From contig NZ_CP042911.1 of assembly GCF_008065095.1 (NCBI RefSeq), positions 6,480,001 through 6,512,000 of the forward strand: a stretch of 32,000 nt of DNA, written 5' to 3'. Below the pieces are notes generated by a model. That model saw only the letters and a program-made list of their open reading frames with translations. It did not search any database and was not told the DNA's origin. This document shows positions 7,813-20,600 of this stretch, in pieces. This DNA comes from Gemmata obscuriglobus (lineage in GTDB: Bacteria > Planctomycetota > Planctomycetia > Gemmatales > Gemmataceae). How positions within the stretch are numbered: the first letter of the stretch is position 1; every line of letters starts with the position of its first letter. The translations under genes and the position numbers were made by a program.

Positions 7813-9810
7813 ATGCTCGGTCTCGTCATGCGGGTGAACATCGGCCCGCGGCTGATCGCCGGTTTTCTCCTCGTTGCGACGGCCTGCTTCCTCATCGGGC
7901 TCCGCGGGCTCACGGCGAACGAGACGACGAACGCCCAGCTCAAGCTCGCGAACACCGACACCATCCCGTCGCTCATCCACCTGGACAACATCCGGTCGGC
8001 GGTGCTCGCCGTGCAGCGGTCCGAGCGCATCCTGATTCTGGCCCTGCTGCGCAACGACGACAAGCGCTGCCAGGACACGTACAAGAAGTTCATCGACGGC
8101 TGGGCCACGATCCGCGCCGGGGTCACGGAGTACGCGGCCCTCCCCCGCTCGGCGCAAGACGAACAACTGTTCAAGCAGTTCGAAACCGCCCTCGCGGCCT
8201 GGCAGAGGGACCACGACAAGATCGTCGGCCACGCCAAGGCGAAAGAAAACGCCGCCGCCGAAGACGCGATGATGAAAGAGTGGGCGAGTTCGGCCTCCCG
8301 GCTGAACGGCACGCTCACCGAGATGATCACGGCACAACAAGAACAGGCGCGGGAGGCCCAGACCCAGTCCGAGCGGCGCGCCGGCGAACTCCGCCGTGAG
8401 TTGTGGGCGGTAATGATCACCGCGACGGTCGCGGCGGTCGGGCTCGGGCTGCTCCTGTCCGTCTCGGTCACGCGCCCGCTGCGGGGCACCGTGCACGTGC
8501 TGGAAGCGGTCGCGCGCGGCGACCTCAGTTCGACCGCAACCGTTCGCTCCGGGGACGAGGTCGGGCGCCTGGCGGCGGCGCTGAACACGGCCATCGGCGC
8601 CCTGGTGGCCGCCAAAAACGCGGAGGCCGAGCGGCTGCGGGTCGACCACGAGCGGGCCGAGGCCGAGCGGCTGCGCGTCGAACGCGAGAACGCCGCCGAG
8701 CGCGAGCGGGCCGAGGCCGAGCGCCAGCGGGCCGAACGGGACATGGCGGCCTCGGCCTTGCTGCGCGAGAAGGTGGCCGTGATCATCAAGACGGTGGATG
8801 CCCTGGCCGCGGGCGACTTCACGGCCTCGACCCCGGACCTGGGGACCGACGATGTGGGCCGCATGGCTCACGCGCTGAACCAGGCCGTGCTGTCGGTGCG
8901 GACCGCTCTCGAAGGCGTGCGGGAGGTGTCGGAGCAACTCGCCGACGCGTCGGCCCAACTGGCGGCCGCCAGCGACGAAATCTCCATCGGGGCCCAGGAG
9001 CAGGCGTCCAGCCTGGAGGAGACCGCCAGCACCCTGCAACAGATCACATCCAACGTCAAGCACAGTGCCGACAGCGCCCAGCAGGCGCGACAACTGGCCG
9101 GCGGGTCGCGCGAGGTCGCCGAGCGCGGCGGTCAGGTGGTGAGCGGGGCCGTCGAAGCCATGGGCGAGATCAACGGGTCCAGCAAGAAGATCGCGGAGAT
9201 CATCACCACCATCGACGAGATCGCGTTCCAGACCAACCTGCTGGCCCTGAACGCGGCCGTCGAGGCCGCACGCGCCGGCGAACAGGGCCGCGGGTTCGCG
9301 GTGGTGGCCACCGAGGTCCGCAACCTGGCCCAGCGGTCCGCCACCGCCGCCAAAGAGATCAAGGGGCTGATCCAGGACAGCGTCAAGAAGGTGGGGGCCG
9401 GCACGGAGCTGGTGAACCGGTCGGGCGACACGCTGGCCGAGATCGTGACCAGCGTCAAGCGGGTCACCGACATCGTCACCGAGATGGCCGCCGCCGGCAA
9501 GGAGCAGTCGGTCGGCATCGAGCAGGTGAACAAGGCCATCAGCCAGATGGACATCGTCACCCAGCGGAACGCCGGCCAGACCGAGGAGCTGTCGGCGACG
9601 GCCCAGTCCCTGACCGACCAGGCGGCCCAGCTCCGCGACCTCGTCGCACGGTTCAAGCTCGGCAACAACGGGCACCCGGCTGCGGTTCAATCGCAGCCGG
9701 CCGGCAGGAACAGCCGGCCGCGCGCCCTTGTTGCTCAGTCGAGAAACAACGCCCGCAGCGGCCACGAACGCGACTCGTCCGGCCGCTCGGACGGGTTCAC
9801 CGACTTCTAG
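7813..9810 (+). CDS. Methyl-accepting chemotaxis protein: 4-helix-bundle sensor, HAMP, Glu/Arg-rich coiled coil, signalling domain
   Basis: The track ORF begins at 7687, but the first plausible N-terminus is ATG 7813 ([27 protein letters not shown]) or ATG 7828. This parallels MIKSFNNLGIGTRLMGAFLLL of mcp-1. HAMP segment: [20 protein letters not shown]...[11 protein letters not shown]. An ER-rich segment ([41 protein letters not shown]) sits where mcp-1 has its PAS domain. The signalling domain is nearly identical to that of mcp-1. Confidence 0.9.
   Translation: MLGLVMRVNIGPRLIAGFLLVATACFLIGLRGLTANETTNAQLKLANTDTIPSLIHLDNIRSAVLAVQRSERILILALLRNDDKRCQDTYKKFIDGWATIRAGVTEYAALPRSAQDEQLFKQFETALAAWQRDHDKIVGHAKAKENAAAEDAMMKEWASSASRLNGTLTEMITAQQEQAREAQTQSERRAGELRRELWAVMITATVAAVGLGLLLSVSVTRPLRGTVHVLEAVARGDLSSTATVRSGDEVGRLAAALNTAIGALVAAKNAEAERLRVDHERAEAERLRVERENAAERERAEAERQRAERDMAASALLREKVAVIIKTVDALAAGDFTASTPDLGTDDVGRMAHALNQAVLSVRTALEGVREVSEQLADASAQLAAASDEISIGAQEQASSLEETASTLQQITSNVKHSADSAQQARQLAGGSREVAERGGQVVSGAVEAMGEINGSSKKIAEIITTIDEIAFQTNLLALNAAVEAARAGEQGRGFAVVATEVRNLAQRSATAAKEIKGLIQDSVKKVGAGTELVNRSGDTLAEIVTSVKRVTDIVTEMAAAGKEQSVGIEQVNKAISQMDIVTQRNAGQTEELSATAQSLTDQAAQLRDLVARFKLGNNGHPAAVQSQPAGRNSRPRALVAQSRNNARSGHERDSSGRSDGFTDF
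9091..9673 (+). repeat. Copy B of the ~583-bp near-identical MCP repeat
   Basis: See copy A (4710-5292). Identity ends abruptly after the codons for KLGNNGH; the downstream linkers are unrelated. Confidence 0.9.
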
Positions 9811-9886
9811 CGGTAACCCCGTCCGCCGCCCCGGGCGAGCACCGCCCGGCGCCATCTCTTCCGTACCTCCGGAGCGAAAGTAGCCC

Positions 9887-11425
9887 ATGCCTCAGCCCGA
9901 ACCGAAGCAAACCGCGGCCGGCTTCCCACTCACCTCGGACGAATTCGAGGGGATCCGCGCCTACCTGTACCAGGAGACCGGGATCAGCCTCAGCCCGTCG
10001 AAGCACGACATGGTCGCGTCGCGGCTCGCCAAGCGGCTCCGCGCGCTGGGGTTACGGTCCTACGGCGAGTACCTGCGTGCGGTACGCGACGGCAATCGGT
10101 CGGACGAGCGCCAGCAATTCATCAACTGCCTGACCACGAACAAAACCGACTTCTTCCGCGAGCCGCACCACTTCGATTTCCTGCGCGACACCGTGGTCCC
10201 GGAGCTGGCCGGGCGGCGGCTGCGGATCTGGTGCGCGGCCAGTTCCACCGGCGAGGAGCCGTACACGCTCGCCATGACGGCGCGGGACGCGTGCCCGCGG
10301 GAAGAGGGCTGGGACGTGAAGATCCTCGCGTCCGACATCGACACGCAGGTGCTGGCGCACGCGGAGCGGGGGGTGTACGACTCCGATCGCACCTCCGGCA
10401 TCAGCCCGGAGCTGCTCCGCAGGCACTTCCTGCGCGGCACCGGGGCCAACGCCGGCAAGGTCGCGGCCCGGCCCGAGCTGCGCGAGGTGCTCACGTTCCG
10501 CCAAATCAACCTGACCGCCGGCACCTGGCCGGTGCGCGGGCCGTTCGACGCCATTTTCTGCCGAAATGTGGTGATCTACTTCGACCGCGACACCCAGGAC
10601 AGGCTGCTGAAACGGTTCGCCACGCTGCTGAAGCCGGGCGGATACTTGTTCATGGGTCACTCGGAGAACATTCACTGGCTGAGCGACACGTTCGTCCCGC
10701 TCGGCGGCACCGTGTACCAGTTCGGCGGGGCCGGCCCTTCGGCCCCCGCCCGCAAGCTCACCTCGGCCGCCGCGCCGCGGCCCGCTGCGGCGCGGCCCGC
10801 CGAGCCGCGCCCGCCGGCGCCCGCCGCGCCCGCCGCGCCCGCCGCACCCGCCCCGGCGGCCGCAAAGGCCCGGCCCGAAGAGGAGCACAGCATCATCCTG
10901 GGTGAGGTGCAAGCGACCCGCGGGCCGGCGGTCATCAAGACGCTGCTCGGGTCGTGCGTGGCCGCGTGCCTGTGGGACCCCGAAACCGGGGTCGGCGGGA
11001 TGAACCACTTCTCACTGCCCGGCGGCAGCGCGGACGACGGCGCCAACGCCCGGTACGGCGCGTACGCGATGGAGCTGCTCATCACCGCAATCATGAAGAA
11101 GGGCGGGGACCGCGCGCGGCTGCGGGCCAAGGTGTTCGGCGGTGGCAAGGTGCTCAACGTGGACGCCCCGACGATGAACGTCGGCGAGCGGAACGCCGAG
11201 TTCGTACTAAAGTTCCTCGAGACCGAGGGGATCCCGCTGGTGGGGCAGTCGCTGGGCGGCAACAGCGGGCGGCTGGTGCGGTTCTACCCGCACACCGGGC
11301 AGGCCCAGGCGAAGCCGCTGGCGTCCCGCGAGCTGCCCGCCGTCACCGCCCGCGAGAAGGACTTCGGCCGCCAGATCCAGCAGCGCGTCGAGACGCCGCC
11401 GGACGACGACATCACGCTGTTCTGA
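9887..11425 (+). CDS. Fusion protein: CheR methyltransferase (N-terminal) + CheD glutamine deamidase (C-terminal)
   Basis: Single 512-codon ORF. CheR motifs: FFREPHHFDFL, IWCAASSTGEEPYTLAM, ILASDID, FDAIFCRNVVIYFD, GGYLFMGHSE. A Pro/Ala linker spans roughly aa 285-330. CheD motifs: VIKTLLGSCVAACLWDP (catalytic Cys context), GMNHFSLPG (His), RAKVFGGGKVL, NVGERNAEFVLKFLETEGIPLVGQSLGG. Confidence 0.88.
   Translation: MPQPEPKQTAAGFPLTSDEFEGIRAYLYQETGISLSPSKHDMVASRLAKRLRALGLRSYGEYLRAVRDGNRSDERQQFINCLTTNKTDFFREPHHFDFLRDTVVPELAGRRLRIWCAASSTGEEPYTLAMTARDACPREEGWDVKILASDIDTQVLAHAERGVYDSDRTSGISPELLRRHFLRGTGANAGKVAARPELREVLTFRQINLTAGTWPVRGPFDAIFCRNVVIYFDRDTQDRLLKRFATLLKPGGYLFMGHSENIHWLSDTFVPLGGTVYQFGGAGPSAPARKLTSAAAPRPAAARPAEPRPPAPAAPAAPAAPAPAAAKARPEEEHSIILGEVQATRGPAVIKTLLGSCVAACLWDPETGVGGMNHFSLPGGSADDGANARYGAYAMELLITAIMKKGGDRARLRAKVFGGGKVLNVDAPTMNVGERNAEFVLKFLETEGIPLVGQSLGGNSGRLVRFYPHTGQAQAKPLASRELPAVTAREKDFGRQIQQRVETPPDDDITLF
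10807..10852 (+). repeat. 9-bp tandem repeat (gcgcccgcc, about 5 copies, one with an extra g) in the CheR-CheD linker
   Basis: Read directly: gcgcccgcc g gcgcccgcc gcgcccgcc gcgcccgcc gcacccgcc. It encodes PPAPAAPAAPAAPAP. Confidence 0.7.
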
Positions 11426-11497
11426 TCCGCGAACCGACCCCTGTATCCGCGGGGCGGCCGCGCCCCCGCCCCGCAGGCTCACGCACGAGGCTCACAA

Positions 11498-12550
11498 GTG
11501 GCACGCACGAAAGTGATGATCGTAGACGACTCCGCGCTCATGCGGCAGTTGCTGACCGACATCCTCCGGACCGACCCCACGATGGAGGTGGTGGGGTCGG
11601 CCCCCGACCCGTACACGGCCTGGGACCGGATCAAGCAGGTGGAGCCGGACGTCCTCACGCTCGACGTCGAGATGCCCCGCATGGACGGGCTGACGTTCCT
11701 CGAGAAGCTCATGAGCAACCGCCCGATGCCGGTGGTGATGGTGTCGTCGCTCACCGAGAAGGGGTGCGAGACGACGTTCCGCGCGCTCGAGCTGGGGGCG
11801 GTGGACTTCGTCACCAAGCCGAAGCTGGACATGACCAGCGGGACCATGGCCCTGGCCGGGGAGCTGGTCTCGAAGGTGAAGGCGGCCGCACGGGCGCGGG
11901 TGCAGCGCCGCGCCCCCCGGCCGGCGGCGGCCGGGGGGCCGGCCCGCGCCCCGGCCGCCGCCGGGTTCCGCACCACCCACAAGGTGATCGCGATCGGCGC
12001 CTCGACCGGCGGGTGCGAGGCGCTGGTGTCGGTCCTCAGCGCGTTCCCGGCCGACGCCCCGGGCACCGTGGCGGTGATCCACATGCCCGAGGGGTTCACC
12101 AAGTCGTTCGCCGCGCGGCTCGACCGGCTGTGCGCGGTCCGCGTGTCCGAGGCGCGGGACGGCGACCGGGTGGTGCCCGGGCACGTGCTGCTGGCCCCGG
12201 GCAACTTCCACCTCGAGGTCGCCCGGAGCGGGGCGATGACCGTGGCCCGGGTGCGCGGCGGCGAGGCCGTGAGCCGGCACCGCCCGTCCGTGGACGTGCT
12301 GTTCCAGTCGTGCGCCCGCGAGCTGGGGACCAACGCGGCCGCGGCCATCCTCACCGGGATGGGCGACGACGGGGCGCGCGGGCTGGCCGCCATGCGCCGG
12401 GCCGGCGCCCACACGATCGCCCAGGACGAGGCGACGTGCGTGGTGTTCGGGATGCCCAAGGAGGCGATCGCCCTGGGCGGCGCGGCGCAGGTGCTCCCGC
12501 TCGACCGCATCCCCGAGCACCTGCTCCGGACCGCCGCGGCGATCACGTGA
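11498..12550 (+). CDS. cheB: Chemotaxis response regulator protein-glutamate methylesterase CheB
   Basis: The receiver domain has VMIVDDS and [18 protein letters not shown]. The methylesterase domain has the catalytic contexts IGASTGG (Ser), VIHMPEGFT (His) and LTGMGDDGA (Asp). Start is GTG 11498; ATG 11516 is an alternative. Confidence 0.92.
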   Translation: MARTKVMIVDDSALMRQLLTDILRTDPTMEVVGSAPDPYTAWDRIKQVEPDVLTLDVEMPRMDGLTFLEKLMSNRPMPVVMVSSLTEKGCETTFRALELGAVDFVTKPKLDMTSGTMALAGELVSKVKAAARARVQRRAPRPAAAGGPARAPAAAGFRTTHKVIAIGASTGGCEALVSVLSAFPADAPGTVAVIHMPEGFTKSFAARLDRLCAVRVSEARDGDRVVPGHVLLAPGNFHLEVARSGAMTVARVRGGEAVSRHRPSVDVLFQSCARELGTNAAAAILTGMGDDGARGLAAMRRAGAHTIAQDEATCVVFGMPKEAIALGGAAQVLPLDRIPEHLLRTAAAIT

Positions 12551-12689
12551 GCCGCGGCCCCGCCCGGCCCGCGGGCGGGCAAATTTGCACCACAACGTTC
12601 GATCAGGAATGTCAGGTTTAACCGCGATCGGCACCGCTCGCGACCCGTGTAGGAACCGAACCCGTTAGCTCTTCCCGGAGGATGGTGAC

Positions 12690-13133
12690 ATGTCCACGAT
12701 TCGTGCCCTGGTGGTCGACGACTCCCGCGTCATGCGGAACATGGTGATGAACGCCCTCAAGATGTCGCGGCTGGCGACGTTCGAGTTCACGGAAGCGTCG
12801 GACGGGGCCGACGCGCTGACCAAGTTCGACCCGACCAAGATCGACATGTGCTTCGTCGACTGGAACATGCCGAACATGAACGGGGTCGAGTTCGTGAAGC
12901 GGGCCCGGGCCACCGGCACGGCGTTCCACATCCCGATGGTGATGGTGACCAGCGAGCAGACGATGGCCAAGATCGAAGAGGCGCTGAACCAGGCCGGCGC
13001 CGACTCGTACATCTGCAAGCCGTTCACCCCGGAAGACATGAAGGTGAAGCTGGAAAAGTACGTCAACAAGGTGCTCAGCAGCCGGGCGCCGGCTGAAAAG
13101 CAAGGCGGGTTCTTTTCGGGCCTGCTGAGCTAG
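12690..13133 (+). CDS. cheY: CheY-like single-domain response regulator
   Basis: 147 aa, with GGAGG 8 nt upstream of the ATG. Receiver signature: LVVDDS, FVDWNMPNMNG (phospho-acceptor Asp), MVTS, ICKPF. Confidence 0.88.
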   Translation: MSTIRALVVDDSRVMRNMVMNALKMSRLATFEFTEASDGADALTKFDPTKIDMCFVDWNMPNMNGVEFVKRARATGTAFHIPMVMVTSEQTMAKIEEALNQAGADSYICKPFTPEDMKVKLEKYVNKVLSSRAPAEKQGGFFSGLLS

Positions 13134-13359
13134 TGTCCCGCTCCCGAAGGCAGCGGCAACGCGCCGACACCGGAACACACTCACCGGACATCGGCGCGGC
13201 CTTGGGGGATCTGGAACCGCCGGGCATGGGTTTCTGCCGGCCGGCGCCGGCGACCGCCGCGGCCCCTTCTTGCTTGCCGTCGCCGGAAGGCCGAAGCGTT
13301 GCCCGCATCTACCCACCGCCCGGCCCTGGACCGCCGGGTGCTCCCGGAGACCCGACTCC

Positions 13360-13881
13360 ATGCCCGAAGTGATATCATCGGCCGCAACCGACGCGTTCCC
13401 GAAGGCCATCACACAGGCCGTTCGGGAGGCCACGACCGCGTTCCTCACGACTTCGTGCGGCCTGACCCACGTGCCCGACGCGGCGGGCGATGAAGGGTCG
13501 GGCGGCGCCGGAATCATGAGCGCCATCTCGTTCCTCGGGGACACCCCGTGGGCGTTCGCGGTGGTGCTGCCCGAGGCGTCGGCGGTCGCCATCGCCAAGG
13601 CGTTCGCCGGGTTCGAGATCCCGTTCGACAGCCAGGACATGGGCGACCTGGTGGGCGAGATCGTGAACGTGATCGCGGGTGACGTCACCGCGCGCCTCCA
13701 CGCCAAGGGGATCAAGGCGCAAATGTCGCTCCCCACGTCGATCCGAAGTGCGGACGCGGCCGCCCTGGTCCCGCACGGGACCGCACCGAGCCGGCTGCTG
13801 TTTGATGGGGCAGACGGGCGCTGCTGGTTCGATCTCGTGAGCGACCGAATCGACGGGCTGACCTTCCGCCAACCGGGGTGA
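13360..13881 (+). CDS. cheX: CheX-family CheY-P phosphatase
   Basis: 173 codons from ATG 13360; the track ORF starts at 13270. The pattern GIMSAISFLGDTPWAFAVVLPEASAVAIAKAFAG...DMGDLVGEIVNVIAGDVTARLHAKGIKAQMSLPT matches the CheX/CheC-like fold signature (E-x2-N-x-IAG). Confidence 0.75.
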   Translation: MPEVISSAATDAFPKAITQAVREATTAFLTTSCGLTHVPDAAGDEGSGGAGIMSAISFLGDTPWAFAVVLPEASAVAIAKAFAGFEIPFDSQDMGDLVGEIVNVIAGDVTARLHAKGIKAQMSLPTSIRSADAAALVPHGTAPSRLLFDGADGRCWFDLVSDRIDGLTFRQPG

Positions 13882-13887
13882 GTTGAG

Positions 13888-13946
13888 CCGCTCCGCGATC
13901 GTGCTCGGCCGGTCGGGCGCGCCGGCCGAGCACGATCGCGGAGCGG
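13888..13946 (+). terminator. Perfect 25-bp-stem hairpin immediately after cheX (end of the che cluster)
   Basis: CCGCTCCGCGATCGTGCTCGGCCGG-tcgggcgcg-CCGGCCGAGCACGATCGCGGAGCGG starts 7 nt after the stop codon. No U tract follows. Confidence 0.55.
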
Positions 13947-14307
13947 TGCCGAACCGCAGGTGCCGGACGGATGGCGTGCCGGTCGGAACGCCAGTGCCCT
14001 GAATCGAACGGCCCGAAGCGAATGTCACGGTTCTGTTTCGCACCTCACACTGCCGCCGGCTTCCGCACTCGGTTGTCGCTCCTGATAACCCTGGGAGAAG
14101 CCGGCCGCGCGAGCCGATGCGTGCGGCCGTAGTCGGGCAGTAACACTTTCGTGCCTGCCTTGATTCGCCGCGCGCGCCGCCCTAGAATTCCGCAGATTGT
14201 CACCCATCCGTCCGGCTCACCCCGGACCCGTCCGGCCGACGCGGGACGCCCTCCTCCCACCCGCCCGACCCCTACCGGAACCGCAGACGTCTAACGCCTT
14301 GCCCCGG

Positions 14308-14336
14308 TTGGTGCCGCGACACGGACGGCATATGAT
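14308..14336 (+). promoter_or_regulatory. Candidate sigma70-type promoter for clpC
   Basis: TTGGTG-17 nt-TATGAT, about 65 nt upstream of ATG 14401. The -35 is a weak match and planctomycete promoter rules are poorly known. Confidence 0.25.
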
Positions 14337-14400
14337 GGGGTGAAGCCGCCGCGGGACGGCCGTAGCACAGATTCATCCCCAATCGCGGGAGACGGCGTCG

Positions 14401-16929
<2,529 letters not shown>

Positions 16930-16956
16930 CCGGCCGCTCGGAAGCGACAGCGTGAA

Positions 16957-16993
16957 GGCTCGGCGTCTCACGACGCCGGGCCTTTTTCGTTTC
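16957..16993 (+). terminator. Rho-independent terminator of clpC
   Basis: GGCTCGGCGTC-tcac-GACGCCGGGCC forms an 11-bp stem with one G-U pair, followed directly by TTTTTCGTTTC. It starts 28 nt after the stop. Confidence 0.8.
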
Positions 16994-17168
16994 AAGGGTT
17001 GTCGCGTGAGCGGGGCATCAATGCCCCCGTCCCGGTTCGGCGGGCGGTCCCGGTACACGCTGACGAATACCGGTGCTGCCGGAGCTACCCCGGTTCGTGA
17101 GGCGCGGTACGCGGCGACCGGGCGACAGTTCAGCACCGGCCCAAAGGTCGGGCGCGTGGGATCGGCGC

Positions 17169-17633
17169 TTATCGCCGCCTCCCCGGGCCGCTCTTACCAA
17201 CCTCGCGGGCCGTGAACCGATCCAGAGCCGCCGCGTACCGGCACCACCACGCGAGTCGCGCCCGGCCCCAAGTGACCAGAGCCACGAGCGCGAAGAGCAT
17301 GACCGGAACGAGCGGAAAGGGCAATTCATCGGGCCGGAGCACGAAGTACGCGCCAACACCGGATGCGAGCAAGACGCCAAGGAGACCGGCCCCGGCCGCG
17401 CCCGCTCTGGGTAGGCAGAACAGCACCCCGCCGACGAACTCGGCCGCCCCGACCAGCAGACGCACCCAGGCGGGAATCCCCCACTGGTCAAACTGCGGCC
17501 GCACACCGGGGAGCAGTTTCGTCAGCCCCGCGACCACGAACAGCAGGCCGACGAGCAGCCCCGTTCCCCACACCGCGACTGGGCCGCGCCGGTAGCGCAG
17601 GTCGGGCTGAAATGCCGATTCGATGAACATCAT
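17169..17633 (-). CDS. DoxX-family small integral membrane protein
   Basis: 154 aa with four hydrophobic helices in a DoxX-like pattern: GLLVGLLFVVAGLTKLL ... IPAWVRLLVGAAEFVGGVLFCLP ... AGLLGVLLASGVGAYFVL. Its ATG (17633-17631) overlaps the TGA (17632-17630) of the upstream RND gene. Confidence 0.7.
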   Translation of the reverse strand: MMFIESAFQPDLRYRRGPVAVWGTGLLVGLLFVVAGLTKLLPGVRPQFDQWGIPAWVRLLVGAAEFVGGVLFCLPRAGAAGAGLLGVLLASGVGAYFVLRPDELPFPLVPVMLFALVALVTWGRARLAWWCRYAAALDRFTAREVGKSGPGRRR

Positions 17634-20600
17634 TGCGGTTGCTCCGAGTGAGTGTTGGTCGCCGGGTCAGGGCCGTGCGGCGGCTCTTTGGGCAGTCCGT
17701 GTTCGTCGAGGGGCGGCGGGCCGTCCGCGTGCGTGCCCGTGGCGTCCCACCGCACCAGCCCCAGATCTTCGACGAACACCACGTACAGCACCGGGACGAG
17801 CAGCAGGGTGACGCCCGTCGCGACCAGCAGGCCGATGATCTGCACGTAGCACAGCGGCTCCCACAGCGGCCCGCCCTTGAGTGCCAGTGGGATCAGCCCG
17901 CCGACCGTGGCCAGAACCGTCACGAGCACCGGCCGCAACCGGGCCAGCCCCGCGTCCACGACGGCTTCGCGGACCGGCTCGCCCTTCTCGTGCGCCTCCT
18001 CGATGTACTCGAACAGCACGATGACGTGGCTCACGATCACGCCCATCAAACTGGACAGGCCCAGCCCCGCGAAGAACCCGAGCGGCACGTTGAACGCGAG
18101 CAGCCCCATCAGCCCGCCGACCATCCCGAACGGCACCGCCGCGTACACCAAGAGCGGCTTGGTGAGGCTGTTGAACTGCACCACCAGCGCCAGGTAGATC
18201 GCCAGCATGGACACCAACCCGGCCGTCGCGATCGACTTGAACCCCTTTTCCTGCTCCTCCTTTTCGCCGCCGACCGCGAACCGGTAGCCCGGGGGCCATT
18301 CGGCCGACACCGGTTTCAACTTCTTTTCGACTTCGTCCACGACCGCGCTGGGGAGCGTGCCGGGGAGCGCGTCGCACTTGATGGTCATGCACCGCTCGTT
18401 GTCGCGGCGCAGCACCTTCGGCGGGACCGCCTCCAACTTAAACTCGCTCACCTGGTCGAGCGGGACTTTGGAACCACTCTGGCTGTTGAACACGGTCAGG
18501 TTCGCGAGGTCTTCGGTCCGCGCGCGCTCGTCGGGGCGGAGCCGGAGGGCGATCGGGATGAGCCGGTCGCGCTCGCGCAGGTACGTGGCCGCGGTGCCCG
18601 AGAGCCCGGCCTGGGTGACGGCCGCCACGTCCTCGTTCGTCACCCCGCTCACCGCGGCGCGGTCCGGCCGCACGCGGAGGCCGAACTGCAGCGCGTCCGG
18701 GTCCCAGTCGTCGTGTATGTTGTCCGTCCCGGGGATCGACCGCATCACACCCTTCACCTGCGCGCCGAGCCGGCGCAGCTCGGCGATGTCCGTCCCGTAG
18801 ACGCGGATCTGAACCGGCACGCCGATGGGGGGGCCGCTCTCCAGCACCTCGACGGTGAGCCGCCCGGTCGCGTGCGGCGGGAGGACCAGCTTGAGCCGGT
18901 CGGCCAGCGCCGCGGTCGCGTGCGCGTCCCGGGTGTGGACCAGGATCTGGGCGTAGTTCGGCGCCGGCTGTTCGGGCACCACCGACAGCCAGAACCGCGG
19001 CCCGCCCTGGCCCACGAACGTCGTGTACGCGGTCACCTCGTCCCCCGCTTCGGCGTCGACGAGCCGGGTCACCCGCTCGGCCTCGGCCGCGGCGTCGCGG
19101 ATGGACGTGCCCTCGGGCAGGAACACGTTGACCGTGAACGTGTTGTGCAGGTCCTTCGGGAAGAACGCCGACCCGATGAGCGGCACCAAGCTCACCCCGG
19201 TGACGAGCGCGGCCGTGGCCGCGAACAGCGTCAGCCAGCGGTGCGCGATGCACGCCCGGCAGACCCGGGTGTACAGCCCGGCGAACCCCGCCCGCTCGTC
19301 CGGGTGCGCGCCGGCCAAGCCCTTCTGGCCCCGCAGGAGGTAGTAGCCCAGCAGCGGCATGAACGTCATCGACACGACGCGGCTGGCGACGAGCGATGCG
19401 GTCACCACCACCGGCAGCGAGTAGATGAACTCCCCGGACCCGCCGCCGATCAGCAGGAGCGGTAGGAACGCGACGATGTTGGTGACGGTCGCGTACAGGA
19501 TGGCGCGGGCCAGCTTCTGCGGCCCGAGCCACGCGGCCACGTCGCGCGGCCGGCCCTCGGCCAGTTCCCGGTTGATGGCGTCGCTCGCGACCACCGGGTC
19601 GTCGACCAGGAGCCCCAGCGCGATGATCAGCGCGGCGATCGAGATCTGCTGGATGTCGATGCCGACGAGGTGGCACAGGCCGATGGTCATCGCGACCGCG
19701 AGGGGGATGGACGCGGCCACCAGCAGCGCGCTGCGCCACTCCATGAACACCAGCGCGACTACCACCACGATCAGAACGGCTTCGATCAGGCAGTCCGCGA
19801 ACTGGTGGATCTTCTTCTCGACCTGGAGCGGTTCGTTGCTGGTCCGCTCGACCCGGAGGTCGTCGGGCAGTTCGGCCTTGAGCGCGTCCAGTTTCGCCGC
19901 CACGTCGGCGTCGAACTCGGCGATCTGCGTGCCCTTGATGTGCCGCACCGCGAGCGTGACCGCGCGTCGCGGGCCGGGTTGTTCGTCGCCTCTGATGGTT
20001 CGGTAGTGGAGCTGCCGGGGCGGGTCCTGGTACCCCCGGACGACCTCGACCACGTCGCGCAGGTACAGCGGGTAGCCGGGGCGCGCGTCGAGCGGCACGC
20101 CGCCGAGGTCCGCTTCCGATTTGAACTCGCCCGACGGCTTCACCGCGAGCGTCTGGCCCGGCAGCTCGACCTGGCCGCCGGGCAGGTTGATGTTCCGCGC
20201 CGCGAGCCGCGCGTTGATGGCCGACGGGTCGAGCCCCAGTTCGGTCAGCCGGCGGTTGCTGTAGTAGAGGAAGACGGCCTCGTCCTGGGTGCCGAGCTGG
20301 TCGATGCGGCCCACGAACTTCGACTGCCGCAGCCGGTCCTGGATCAGGTCGGCGTACTCGCGCATCTGCTTGAAGGTGTACCGCGCCACCCCGCCCGGGA
20401 CCGACCGCACCCGCTCCTTGAGCGCGGGGCCGAGTCGCGCCGGGTCGGAGACGAGCACCCCGGGCCACACGTCCGGGTGCCCGGTCCCGCTCCCGAGTGC
20501 GTCCCGCTCCCACGCCTCGATGGCCGCGCGGGCGCCCGCCTCCGTCCTCCCGGGCGCGAGCTGGAAGTCCAGAACCCCGGCCCCCAGCGCGGCGACGTAC

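Noticed and set aside
8620-8760. Reiterated gaggccgagcg units that might be mistaken for a CRISPR-like or satellite array.
   Set aside because: They lie in frame inside mcp-2 and encode an ER-rich helix. The units are short and imperfect, with no unique spacers.
13375-14043. 222-aa minus-strand ORF spanning cheX (antisense) and the terminal hairpin.
   Set aside because: It is a shadow ORF opposite a motif-bearing CheX frame, with Arg-rich composition, and it runs straight through the 25-bp palindrome.
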